From NCBI GenBank assembly GCA_965250225.1, contig CBDFNQ010000035.1, positions 129,641-193,640 on the forward strand: a stretch of DNA of 64,000 bases. Reading direction: 5' to 3'. How positions within the stretch are numbered: position 1 is the stretch's first letter; every line of letters starts with the position of its first letter. The notes under the pieces are model-generated. The model did no database searches and was not told the DNA's origin. It was given only the letters and a program-made list of their open reading frames with translations. The position numbers were made by a program, and so were the translations under genes. The DNA comes from Gammaproteobacteria bacterium (GTDB taxonomy: Bacteria > Pseudomonadota > Gammaproteobacteria > Eutrophobiales > Eutrophobiaceae). Shown one piece after another: positions 41,180 through 49,852 of the stretch.

Positions 41180-41470
41180 ATGAACGTTAAACTAGTACTA
41201 TTTATTTATCTTGTATCGATGCCGCTCTGTGTGTTTGCAATGGATGAAGAAAGTACCGAAAAGGAAAAAGCCTGTATCGTCTCTGAAAAACCCGATCTGC
41301 CGAATGCTCTTATGGCAACTGAGCAAGAAATGTTTGATGTGCAAAAGAAAATAAAAGAGTATATAAAAAAAGGCGACGAATACCTTCAATGCATTGCACT
41401 GCATGAGAAAGGCTGGGGCGAGGAGATCCGCGTCCCATGCAAATCACAGGAATTCGTTTTGCTACATTGA
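41180..41470 (+). CDS. Small secreted hypothetical protein
   Basis: 96 aa with signal peptide MNVKLVLFIYLVSMPLCVFA. Three Cys. No family recognised. Confidence 0.4.
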   Translation: MNVKLVLFIYLVSMPLCVFAMDEESTEKEKACIVSEKPDLPNALMATEQEMFDVQKKIKEYIKKGDEYLQCIALHEKGWGEEIRVPCKSQEFVLLH

Positions 41471-41542
41471 TGCGGGAATTGACACGCAGAAACAACAATG
41501 GCGCTTTTGTAGGCTTGAATAGCTATCACTAAAGCTTGATAT

Positions 41543-42864
41543 GAGGCTGTAAATAAATTTGTGTAACTGCTCATCATCGATAACCTAAACAAAGGTAAAC
41601 AATAATGAGCAGAACAATGAATCAAGAAAAACTCCAAGCACTGGCAGAAGAACTCGCCAAAGATTTAAAAACCCCGGGCGATCTGAATGCACTGAGCGCA
41701 CAACTCACCAAGTTAACGGTTGAAGCGGCGTTAAAGGCAGAGATGAATCATCACCTGGGCTACGAACAAAACGCCCCAGAAGGTCATCACAGCGGCAATA
41801 GTCGTAATGGTTACTCCATTAAAACGCTCAAAGGTGACCATGGAGAATTTGACCTGCAAACCCCGCGAGATCGCAATGCCAGTTTTGAGCCGCCGTTAGT
41901 CAAGAAGAATCAACCGCGCATTACCGGCATGGACGATCAGATCCCTAGCCTGTATGCCAAGGGCATGAGTACACGCGATACCGCTGCGGCATTTGACGAG
42001 ATGTACGGCGCAGAGATCTCCGCCGGCCTTGTTTCACAAGCGACCAATGCGGCGACGGAGCAAGTTGTTGAGTAGCAAAACAGACCACTGGATGCCGTCT
42101 ATCCTATCGTTTATTTAGACTGTATTGTGCTCAAGATCCGCCAAGATAAACGGGTGATCAATAAAGCGATTTATCTCGTTCTTGGTATCAATATCGAGGG
42201 TCACAAAGAATTGCTAGGCCTGTGGATGTCGGAAAATGAAGGTGCTAAATTTTGGCTGTCCGTACTAACAGACCTACAAAACAGAGGTGTTAAACATATG
42301 CTTATCACCTGCGTCGATGGTCTGAAGGGTTTTCCTGATGCAATCAACGCAACGTTCCCTGATGCTAGAATTCAACTGTGTATCGTTCATATGGTGCGTA
42401 ATTCATTGAAGTTTGTACCCTGGAAAGACTACAAAGAATTGACTGCAGATTTGAAACGCATTTATCAATCCGCCACGGAGCAAGAGGCCAGTTTAGAGCT
42501 AGAACGGTTTGCCGATAAATGGGATGCCAAGTATCCGCAGATCAGCAAATCCTGGCGCACACACTGGCCTAACCTGATCACGCTGTTTGATTATCCCGCC
42601 GATATACGTAAGGTGATTTATACGACTAATGCGATCGAGTCTTTGAACAGTGTGATCCGCAAATCAGTAAAGACGCGTAAAGTCTTTCCGAGTGATGATG
42701 CGGCATTAAAAGTGATTTATTTGGCTGTTGAATCCGCCTCTAAAAAATGGACGATGCCTATCAGAAATTGGAAAGAAGCATTAAATCGTTTTATGATTGA
42801 GTTCGAGGAACAGTTGGCTCCTCATATTTAAAACGGGCAGTTACACAGTTTGGTTTACAGGCTC
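41543..42864 (+). mobile_element. IS256-family insertion sequence (about 1.32 kb)
   Basis: Terminal inverted repeats GAGGCTGTAAATAAATTTGTGTAACTGC (left, from 41543) and, reverse-complemented, GAGCCTGTAAACCAAACTGTGTAACTGC (right, ending at 42864). No 8-bp target duplication. Confidence 0.85.
41605..42831 (+). pseudogene. IS256-family (mutator-type) transposase interrupted by one in-frame TAG
   Basis: Track ORFs 41605..42075 and 42127..42831 are in the same frame. The stop at 42073-42075 falls where homologs have Trp (...EQVVE*QNRPLDAVYPIVYLD...). The rest is intact (GINIEGHKELLGLWMSENEGAKFW). Confidence 0.85.
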
Positions 42865-43225
42865 CCGTGTCAATCCTTCCATAATTGTTTTCAATTGCTA
42901 ATGCAACTAAATGTTTTAAAAGTTTCATTCCTGCCCCAGTACCTCTATGGCTTGGAGAAACATATAGATCTTCCAAGTACAGTCCATTTTTACCAAGCCA
43001 TGTTGAGAAATTCAAAAAGTATACTGCAAAACCGATAGGTATATTGTCATAAGTACAAATGATAGCTTCAATTGTTTTACTATTGTTGAAAAAATTGTTT
43101 TCGATATCTTCAACTGATGCAATTACTTTTTCTTCAGCTTTTTCATGTCTTGCAAGTTCTTTAATAAATCCAAGGATTAAATTCGCATCTTCAATGTTTG
43201 CCTTTCTAATTAATATTTTTGGCAA
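42865..43225 (-). pseudogene. GNAT acetyltransferase paralog truncated at its 3' end by the IS256 element
   Basis: Residues 1-117 parallel the 33596 GNAT (MPKILIRKANIEDANLILGFIKELARHEKAE...LYLEDLYVSPSHRGTGAGMKLLKHL...ENNYGR). The reading frame then runs into the IS256 right inverted repeat. Confidence 0.8.
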
Positions 43226-43280
43226 TCTATGTCTCCTAACTGTGAGTCAAATGGGGCAAGCTTGGCAATTCGCTTTTTGA

Positions 43281-43500
43281 TCAGCTCGTATAATTCTCCG
43301 AACATTTAGTAAAGTTTAATCCAAAATAATGCCCTAATTTCCAATAAAAATAAGTGTCGCCAGCATAGGTATTAACCAGAAATACAATCAGTCTTGCTTT
43401 AATAGGGGCTAATACAATATAGTGACTAAGCTCTAATAAATAAGCATCTTCATCGACCAATATGTTCTTTAATTACACCCCTGGAATAGATGTTCTGTAT
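43281..43500 (-). pseudogene. Frameshifted remnant of a COG1943-type (IS200-like/REP-associated) Y1 transposase
   Basis: Minus strand reads ...HLFQG.. then, after a frameshift and a stop, LKNILVDEDAYLLELSHYIVLAPIKARLI. This resembles the GHLFQGRFKS-LVDEDAYLL...Y..LNPVRAGLV block of that family. There is no start codon and no N-terminal HUH part. Confidence 0.4.
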
Positions 43501-43604
43501 TCGGTACTAATGTAATGAACCATCCCACCTACTAGTCTGGCAATATTGTGTTGCCAGCTTATTATTCAAATTCAATTATTTGAATAACGAACGGGAGTTC
43601 TATC

Positions 43605-44516
43605 ATGAATATTAGTACATTGGGTATCGATATAGCAAAGAACGTATTTCAACTGCATGGTGTTGATGCTAGAAGCAAAGTAGTTTTAAAGAAGCGGATT
43701 AGCCGAGATAAACTGGCAAGCACCATAACTAGAGTTATTGTCAAATCTGGTGTTTGACCAATTGAATCAAGCGGCGATCTGATTGTTATTTGACACTTCT
43801 ATACCGTCTTTAAATTGAACACCTTTGATGACCTTGGCGAGGTGATCAAATCCTCTTAGGCGTCGCCATTTACCTTGTGCACATTCTCCAAGCTTAAACA
43901 TCATATGCAACATGCCGTCACGCGACAGACAGCCTCTTGCTCGTTTCGTCCTGTGACGGATTGTGGCAAAGGTAGATCCAATCGGATCACGGGTTCACCT
44001 GATTTAGCGCGTACTTTGGGGCTCCTAACCGTCACCGGCCCAATTCCTGTCAGGATCTTTCGTTCAGGCAGGTAACCATTACGGACTACCGCAGCGTTAC
44101 CCTCCGTTGTTAAACGCGCTGTATACTGCTGAAGCAGTTCTTCCAATTCAACTTGTACGGCCTGTTGGATCAATTCTTGTGCCCCGCTTTGTAACAGCTC
44201 TGATAATGCATCTGTAATGGTGTCTCGACCTTTGAGACCGACAACGTTATTCTTGTTCATAGTGCCGTATCCTCGTTTTGGTTGGTTGATTGTTTTTACG
44301 AACTTCAAATCAACCAGATACGCCGCTTCTTTTCAAGTGCTAAACACCAGATTTAGTTATAACTCGTGGAGGCACAAACTATTGGGCACGTGTTTTTCAA
44401 AGGAGTGGCCATACCGTCAAGCTAATTAGCCCTCAATTCGTTAAGCCTTTTGTCAAAACGAATAAGAACGATGCCAATGACGCTGAGGCTATAGTTGAAG
44501 CCGCTAGCAGGCCCGG
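43605..44516 (+). pseudogene. IS110-family transposase N-terminal fragment, split by an inserted element and truncated by IS3
   Basis: MNISTLGIDIAKNVFQLHGVDARSKVVLKKRISRDKLAS... (43605 to about 43731) resumes as GGTNYWARVFQRSGHTVKLISPQFVKPFVKTNKNDANDAEAIVEAASRPG (about 44366 to 44516). The C-terminal two thirds are absent. Confidence 0.75.
43732..44365 (-). mobile_element. Internally deleted, non-autonomous IS256-family element (about 630 bp) inserted in the IS110 gene
   Basis: Inverted repeats GAGTTATTGTCAAATCTGGTGTTTGA (43732-) and, reverse-complemented, GAGTTATAACTAAATCTGGTGTTTAG (-44365). The minus strand encodes an IS256-type N-terminus (...AVVRNGYLPERKILTGIGPVTVRSPKVRAKSGEPV) joined out of frame to the family C-terminus (DPIGSTFATIRHRTKRARGCLSRDGMLHMMFKLGECAQGKWRRLRGFDHLAKVIKGVQFKDGI). 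Confidence 0.7.
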
Positions 44517-44523
44517 AGTATTT

Positions 44524-45143
44524 CAAGATAGTTGTCGCGTAAACGTAAAAAATAGTTAAGCCGCCCTCTTAACCGTAGATGTATATTCATTGGCTTTATC
44601 AGGGTTTAATAACACCTCCTGAACAGGTTCCCAATTCCTTGTGTTACCTGACCAACGCTGCGGATATTTTGCTTTGGCTGCCTGATAAACTTGATGGCGT
44701 TTCGCCAGAATTGTTTTATCGTTTCCCGCGTGGCGTTGTGCCGGCGTCACAAATTTAATCGCACTATGAAGATGCTCATGGTTATACCAGCTGACAAAAC
44801 CTGCGACCCATTCACGTGCATCGACTAATGTCTTAAAGGGCAGTGAGGGATATTCAGGACGATATTTCAAGGTCTTAAACAAGGATTCAGAATACGGATT
44901 ATCATTGCTGACCGAGGGACGACTCAAGGATGGGATAATACCCAACTGTTGTAAGGTCGCCAACATCGTGGCCCCTGTCATCGGGCTGCCATTGTCTGAA
45001 TGCAACACGACCTGGTGGCGTTGAAGGCCTTCACGGTAACACACATCCACCAACAAATTCGCCGCCAAGTCACTGCTCTCCGAGTCATGTACCTGCCACC
45101 CTACAATCTTCCGGCTATAGATATCCATCATCAGATACAAGTA
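44524..45143 (-). mobile_element. IS3-family element, 3' fragment (orfB C-terminal part and right end)
   Basis: Track ORF 44556..45140 encodes the rve integrase core ...YLYLMMDIYSRKIVGW...HSDNGSPMTG...NPYSESLFKTLKYRP. The end sequence CAAGATAGTTGTCGCG resembles the other end TGAGATTAAGTGTCGAC at 47693. Boundaries are approximate. Confidence 0.75.
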
Positions 45144-45144
45144 A

Positions 45145-45732
45145 AAAAATAACCCTTTAATTAAATAAGGTAAACCCCCGGCTCTGCCGGGGGACTCTCA
45201 AAGGTTTGACCGTTCCCACGGTCTATCTATCCTAGTTACTCTACCAAAAGTAACAAAGGAAATAGAAATGAGAGATTACAAAAGTTTGTCCCATAGCAGA
45301 TGGGATTGTAAGTATCATCGTGTTTATACTGAAATATCGTCAGAAGGTTGTTTATGGGAGTTTTAGGTCTTATATCGGGGAGATGCTTCACGAGTTAGCG
45401 AGTCATCTAGAAAGTAAGATTGAAGAGGGACATATTGATGGGTGCTCATATCCATATGTGCATCAGTATTCCGCCAAAGTATCCGGTATCGAAAGTAGTG
45501 GCTACATCAAAGGGAAAAGTGCGATTATGATTTCACGGAGATTTGGCAGGAAGGCAAGGAATTACAAAGGAGAAAGCTTCTGGGCCAAAGGATATTTCGT
45601 TTCAACAATAGGTTTAGATGAAGAAATGGTACGAGAGTACATACGAACACAGGGCGAACGAGATAAATATTTCGATCAACAAAACTTACCGCATTAGCGG
45701 TGGGCTTTGCCCCTTTGAGGGGCTCACCCGTA
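45145..45732 (+). mobile_element. IS200/IS605-family element (decayed) inserted in IS3 orfB
   Basis: Left-end hairpin CCCCCGGCTCTGCCGGGGG (from about 45174) and right-end hairpin GCCCCTTTGAGGGGC (about 45708-45722) flank a tnpA pseudogene. It abuts IS630 copy B. Confidence 0.7.
45268..45697 (+). pseudogene. IS200-type Y1 (HUH) transposase TnpA with at least 3 frameshifts
   Basis: MRDYKSLSHSRWDCKYH (frame 1) continues as VFILKYRQKVVYGSFRSYIGEML (frame 2, shift near 45319). The HUH region GAHIHMCISIPPKYPVSKVV is readable only in the third frame (about 45435-45500). The reading then returns to GYIKGKSAIMISRRFG...FWAKGYFVSTIGLDEEMVREYIR. Confidence 0.8.
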
Positions 45733-46838
45733 TATACCCAAGATCGATGAAAGAGCTTGATGTTTATGAATTAAGAGATCAGTCTATCACCTATGAGCAA
45801 GATTGAATTAACCGCAGAAAACAAATTGAAATTAGAAGCACGACATAAGCAAGTGCGAGATATCCGGGAAGGTGATCGTATCAAAGCCGTATTACTGAAT
45901 TCTGAAGGGTGGAGCACAACGATGATAGCGCAAGCCTTGCGCAAACATGAAACCTGTATACTTCGTCACTTGAAGGACTATACCGGAGAGCAGAAATTGC
46001 ACTGTGCAAACGGCGGTTCCGAGGAGAAATTAAGCAAGCGACAATGTGACGAATTACTCGCACATCTGACAGCACATCTATATCAACATAACCACCAAAT
46101 TGTGGCTTACATCAAGACCCGTTATGGGGTTGACTACACGGTATCGGGTTTACATAAATGGTTGCATCGTCAAGGATTTGTTTATAAACAACCCAAAGGG
46201 ATCCCCGCCAAAGCCGATGTTGAACAACAACATGCCTTTATCAAGCAGTATGACGTATTGAAAGCAAACGTCGGTGCTGATGAGCCTATTTTGTTTGGTG
46301 ATGGCGTGCATCCGACACAGTCGACGAAATTGAGTCACGGTTGGATAAAGAGAGGGACAAATAAGCTTATCAAAACAACCGCGAGTCGCACACGGATTAA
46401 CCTATTAGGTGCGATTGAACTCAATGCCTTGTCAAACACGGTGACAGAAACCTATGACACGATTAATGCCGACAGCATTGTTGATTTTCTATCCAAATTA
46501 CGAGCGCAATACGTTGATGCAAACACCCTTCACTGGATAGTTGATGGGGCGGGTTATCATAAGGCGGCGAGTGTTAAAGAAAAGGCAAACGAACTTAATA
46601 TTAAGATACACATCCTGCCGCCTTATAGTCCTAATTTGAATCCGATAGAACGTTTATGGAAAGTGATGAACGAACACGTCCGTAATAACCACTATTTCCA
46701 TTCGGCCAAGGAATTTCGTGAGCAAATCGATGACTTTTTCAAAAACACTTTACCGGATATCGCGGACTCATTGAACGATAGAATTAATGATAACTTTCAG
46801 ATCATCGATCCTGCAACTTGAAGTTGATTGAGTATATA
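45733..46838 (+). mobile_element. IS630-family insertion sequence, copy B (1106 bp), inverted relative to copy A
   Basis: Same ends as copy A; the end sequences and all ORF translations are identical. TA at both junctions. Inserted at ...ADKEIY of IS3 orfB. Confidence 0.9.
45793..46821 (+). CDS. IS630-family transposase (identical to the 32033..33061 copy)
   Basis: The 342-aa translation is identical to copy A, and so are the two antisense track ORFs. Confidence 0.92.
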   Translation: MSKIELTAENKLKLEARHKQVRDIREGDRIKAVLLNSEGWSTTMIAQALRKHETCILRHLKDYTGEQKLHCANGGSEEKLSKRQCDELLAHLTAHLYQHNHQIVAYIKTRYGVDYTVSGLHKWLHRQGFVYKQPKGIPAKADVEQQHAFIKQYDVLKANVGADEPILFGDGVHPTQSTKLSHGWIKRGTNKLIKTTASRTRINLLGAIELNALSNTVTETYDTINADSIVDFLSKLRAQYVDANTLHWIVDGAGYHKAASVKEKANELNIKIHILPPYSPNLNPIERLWKVMNEHVRNNHYFHSAKEFREQIDDFFKNTLPDIADSLNDRINDNFQIIDPAT

Positions 46839-47693
46839 TCTCTTTGTCCGCCAATAAAGGCACGATTTTATTCGGTGGCAGAGCCGCATAGTCGGTTTGG
46901 TTCACCACCTCAATAATGCGCTGCCGCATGACATCATCAAGTTTATTCCTCGGCTGATGATCTGCATCCAAACGCCCATCGCGTAAGTTATCGGCCTTCT
47001 CCCAGCGTTGTACGGTACGTACCGATAAGCCCACGATATCACACGCAGTGGCTTTACGTGCCCCGGCTTGACGAGCTTCCTCTATCCACGTTAACAGCTG
47101 TTGGCGCTGTTCCTCCATGCTCAATTGTCCTCGTCGTTTCCCCAGATCGCCTGGGCTTTTTTTTCAGAACCAATAATGCCGCCGTCTCCGCTAACGCTTT
47201 CTCTTTACGTCTGAGTTCTGATTTGAGTTGCTTATTTTCTTCCCGTAAGGCTTTCAGTTGTCCCCGCTCTGCGTGTCTGTCCCGGTCAGGCTTGAACTGA
47301 ATAAATTCCTGTTGCCATTGTTGGATATGATGCGCATACAGTCCATGTTGACGACAATAAGCATTGGCCGCTTCTTCGTCTAATGCAGCACAATCCATAA
47401 TGGCCTGTAATTTCTCTGCTGCACTCCAATCCTGTGGCCGTCTCTCTTTTGTGCTCATTGTGCTGTTGCTTCCTAATGATTGTTGTCTTGTTTCTCTGAC
47501 CCATCTCCCCACAGTAGAGAGGGCTATGCCATACTCTTTTGCAATAGCTTCGATGGTTACTTCCGGTGCCCGGGTTAACATCTTCTCTACCACACTGTTC
47601 TTAAATGATTCACTATGTTTTTTTGACATGTTCTATCACCTTCTGTTTTTCTTCTAAAAAAATAAATTCAATCTTGGTCGACACTTAATCTCA
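46839..47693 (-). mobile_element. IS3-family element, 5' fragment (left end, orfA, frameshift site, orfB N-terminal part)
   Basis: orfA 47054..47629(-) has an HTH (IAKEYGIALSTVGRWV) and a leucine-zipper region. An A8 run (T8 on + at 47157-47164) in the context CTG-AAA-AAA-AAG is the expected -1 slippery site. The -1 frame continues ...MEEQRQQLLTWIEEARQAGARKATACDIVGLSVRTVQRW... up to the IS630 junction. Confidence 0.75.
47054..47629 (-). CDS. IS3-family transposase OrfA
   Basis: 191-aa ORF with an HTH_Tnp_1-type N-terminus. It is probably still translatable, although the element is broken. Confidence 0.7.
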   Translation of the reverse strand: MSKKHSESFKNSVVEKMLTRAPEVTIEAIAKEYGIALSTVGRWVRETRQQSLGSNSTMSTKERRPQDWSAAEKLQAIMDCAALDEEAANAYCRQHGLYAHHIQQWQQEFIQFKPDRDRHAERGQLKALREENKQLKSELRRKEKALAETAALLVLKKKPRRSGETTRTIEHGGTAPTAVNVDRGSSSSRGT

Positions 47694-47950
47694 GCCGAGT
47701 ATTATCGATTGCTTAGACAGCGCGCATTTACGTCTTGGAAAAATGCAACAGCAGTTTAATTGAAGTGGATTAGAGAAGTCGTATCGATTTTTGAATTAAC
47801 TTGATTAGTACTCCCATTCAGTCAGGCTAGTGGAGACTTATTGTCCCACTGTTTGTGGATGTGACTTGAGTGTTAAACGTCATACTTAGCGTTTAATAAA
47901 AGTGACATATAGTTTAGCCGGTTATATTGGTTAATTACGGGTAAATATTT

Positions 47951-49573
47951 TTAACTTCGTGCCACTTTAGACCAATCTCTTAGCACCTGATGGGATGCGT
48001 TATAGCCCGGCGCACCAGTAACCCCTCCACCGGGATGTGTTCCCGCACCACACAGATACAAGCCTTCAATGGGTGTACGATATTGGGAACAGTCAGGTAG
48101 TGGCCGCATAAAAAATAGCTGATCTAGGCTTAACTCTCCGTGAAAGATATTGCCCTCGGTAATTCCGAATGTACGTTCAAGATCCAGTGGTGTAAAAACA
48201 CGGCGGGCGATAATCGATGCTGGTACATTGGGTGCGTATTCCGCAATTTTCTTTACCACTAGGTCACCAAGATAGTCCCGTTTCTCTTCCCAACTACCTG
48301 TTGCGAGTTTATAGGGAACATACTGCACGAAACAGGTAAGCATATGCCGACCTTCCGGTGCAAGTGTATTGTCGACGTTCGAGGCAACAACGCAATCCAC
48401 CCACAAATCTTCAGGTATCTGTCCGCGCTGCGAAATGTTATAACAATCTTCAGCGCCTTGTAATGTCGGCACTAGGGTAAATAAAGCACGTTGTCCCGGC
48501 CCGGCATCAGCGGGCATACCATTGACACGGGGTTCCTCACTCAAGACAAAATTGACCTTCGCACTTGGCCCATCCATTTTGATACCGTTCACGGCTTGGC
48601 GAAAATCATCATCGAGATCATTTGCGTCCAACAGCCCAAGAAAGGTTCGTTTTGGATCGGCATTTGATAAAACGATATTCGCGCTGATTTCTTCGCCATC
48701 TTCAAGCACCACACCACGTAATTTTCCATTCGACAGGACAATCCTGGCGACGGGCGAGGAAGTTCGGATGTCCACCCCAAACTCACGACAAGCCGTGGCC
48801 ATGGCGGTTGTTATCGCCCCCATACCCCCGATCACGTGGCCATAAAAGCCTTGTTGCTCCTCAGAGCCACCGCTGAGTAGGTGAAATAACAGACCCATTG
48901 CGCTGCCGGGCTGATATGGCCCACCATGCTTACCATAGGTGTTGTTGGCAAGGATCAATGATTTCACCTGATCACTCTCAAAATGCTGGTTGAGAAAGTC
49001 AGCCAGACTGCCCATAAGAAACGAATTCATCTGCCCTATTTGTGTACCACTTATTTTCCTGAAGCGTTTAAAGACTCGATACAATTGCTTGATCCGTGTC
49101 AGGCCCTTAGCGTTGATATCCGGTGGTGGTTCAAGAAAAAACGGTTGCAGGTATGCAGCCAGTGCCTTCAGCTCTTCATCGATGCGAATAAAGGTTTCGG
49201 CATCGGAAACTGAATACGGTTTTAGTTCTGCCAATGTTCTCTGATTATCCGACCACCATGGAATAACTGTCGCGTCAGGTAAGGCGATTTGCAATCCCGG
49301 TTCACACGGCACCATGCGTAGTCCATATTTACTCAGGTTCAGATCACGTATTATTTCCGGCCGCAACATACTGGCGATATAGGACGTGGTTGAAACGCGG
49401 CAACCGGGTGCCAATTCCGGATCGACTTCTTCAGTGACACAACAGCCACCGACAATCTCCCTTCTTTCGAGTACCAGTACTTTTCTACCCGCCATCGCCA
49501 GATAGGCTGCGGCGGTCAATCCATTATGTCCGGCACCAATTACAATCGCGTCATATTCACTATTATTAGCCAT
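47951..49573 (-). CDS. NAD(P)/FAD-dependent oxidoreductase, phytoene desaturase (CrtI)-related family
   Basis: 540 aa. Dinucleotide fold YDAIVIGAGHNGLTAAAYLAMAGRKVLVLERREIVGG. C-terminal GLYLCGAGTHPGGGVTG. Confidence 0.8.
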   Translation of the reverse strand: MANNSEYDAIVIGAGHNGLTAAAYLAMAGRKVLVLERREIVGGCCVTEEVDPELAPGCRVSTTSYIASMLRPEIIRDLNLSKYGLRMVPCEPGLQIALPDATVIPWWSDNQRTLAELKPYSVSDAETFIRIDEELKALAAYLQPFFLEPPPDINAKGLTRIKQLYRVFKRFRKISGTQIGQMNSFLMGSLADFLNQHFESDQVKSLILANNTYGKHGGPYQPGSAMGLLFHLLSGGSEEQQGFYGHVIGGMGAITTAMATACREFGVDIRTSSPVARIVLSNGKLRGVVLEDGEEISANIVLSNADPKRTFLGLLDANDLDDDFRQAVNGIKMDGPSAKVNFVLSEEPRVNGMPADAGPGQRALFTLVPTLQGAEDCYNISQRGQIPEDLWVDCVVASNVDNTLAPEGRHMLTCFVQYVPYKLATGSWEEKRDYLGDLVVKKIAEYAPNVPASIIARRVFTPLDLERTFGITEGNIFHGELSLDQLFFMRPLPDCSQYRTPIEGLYLCGAGTHPGGGVTGAPGYNASHQVLRDWSKVARS

Positions 49574-49852
49574 ATAGTCTCCTCATAATGCTTTCCGACC
49601 TCATCAGAAATGGCTTGCAGGGGAAAATATTATGGCACTCATTAGTCCTATAGAAAATCTAACCACTTTTTTATACTGTCAGGGTATAGTTGAAAAACTC
49701 CGAGTCTTTTATTACAGACCCAGCCAGTGATTTCCGATATACCCCTAATAATCTACCCCTGTAGATAGAAGCATAAGTGATTATTTTCATGCATAATTTG
49801 GTCTCCAAAACATATAAGAAAGTTTCCGATTTGATTGATTGGTTCTACACAA

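Noticed and set aside
32016-46838. Composite transposon, or an already completed inversion between the IS630 copies
   Set aside because: IS630/Tc1-type elements are not known to me to form composite transposons. Each copy has its own TA junctions. Re-inverting the segment in silico does not rejoin any split gene.
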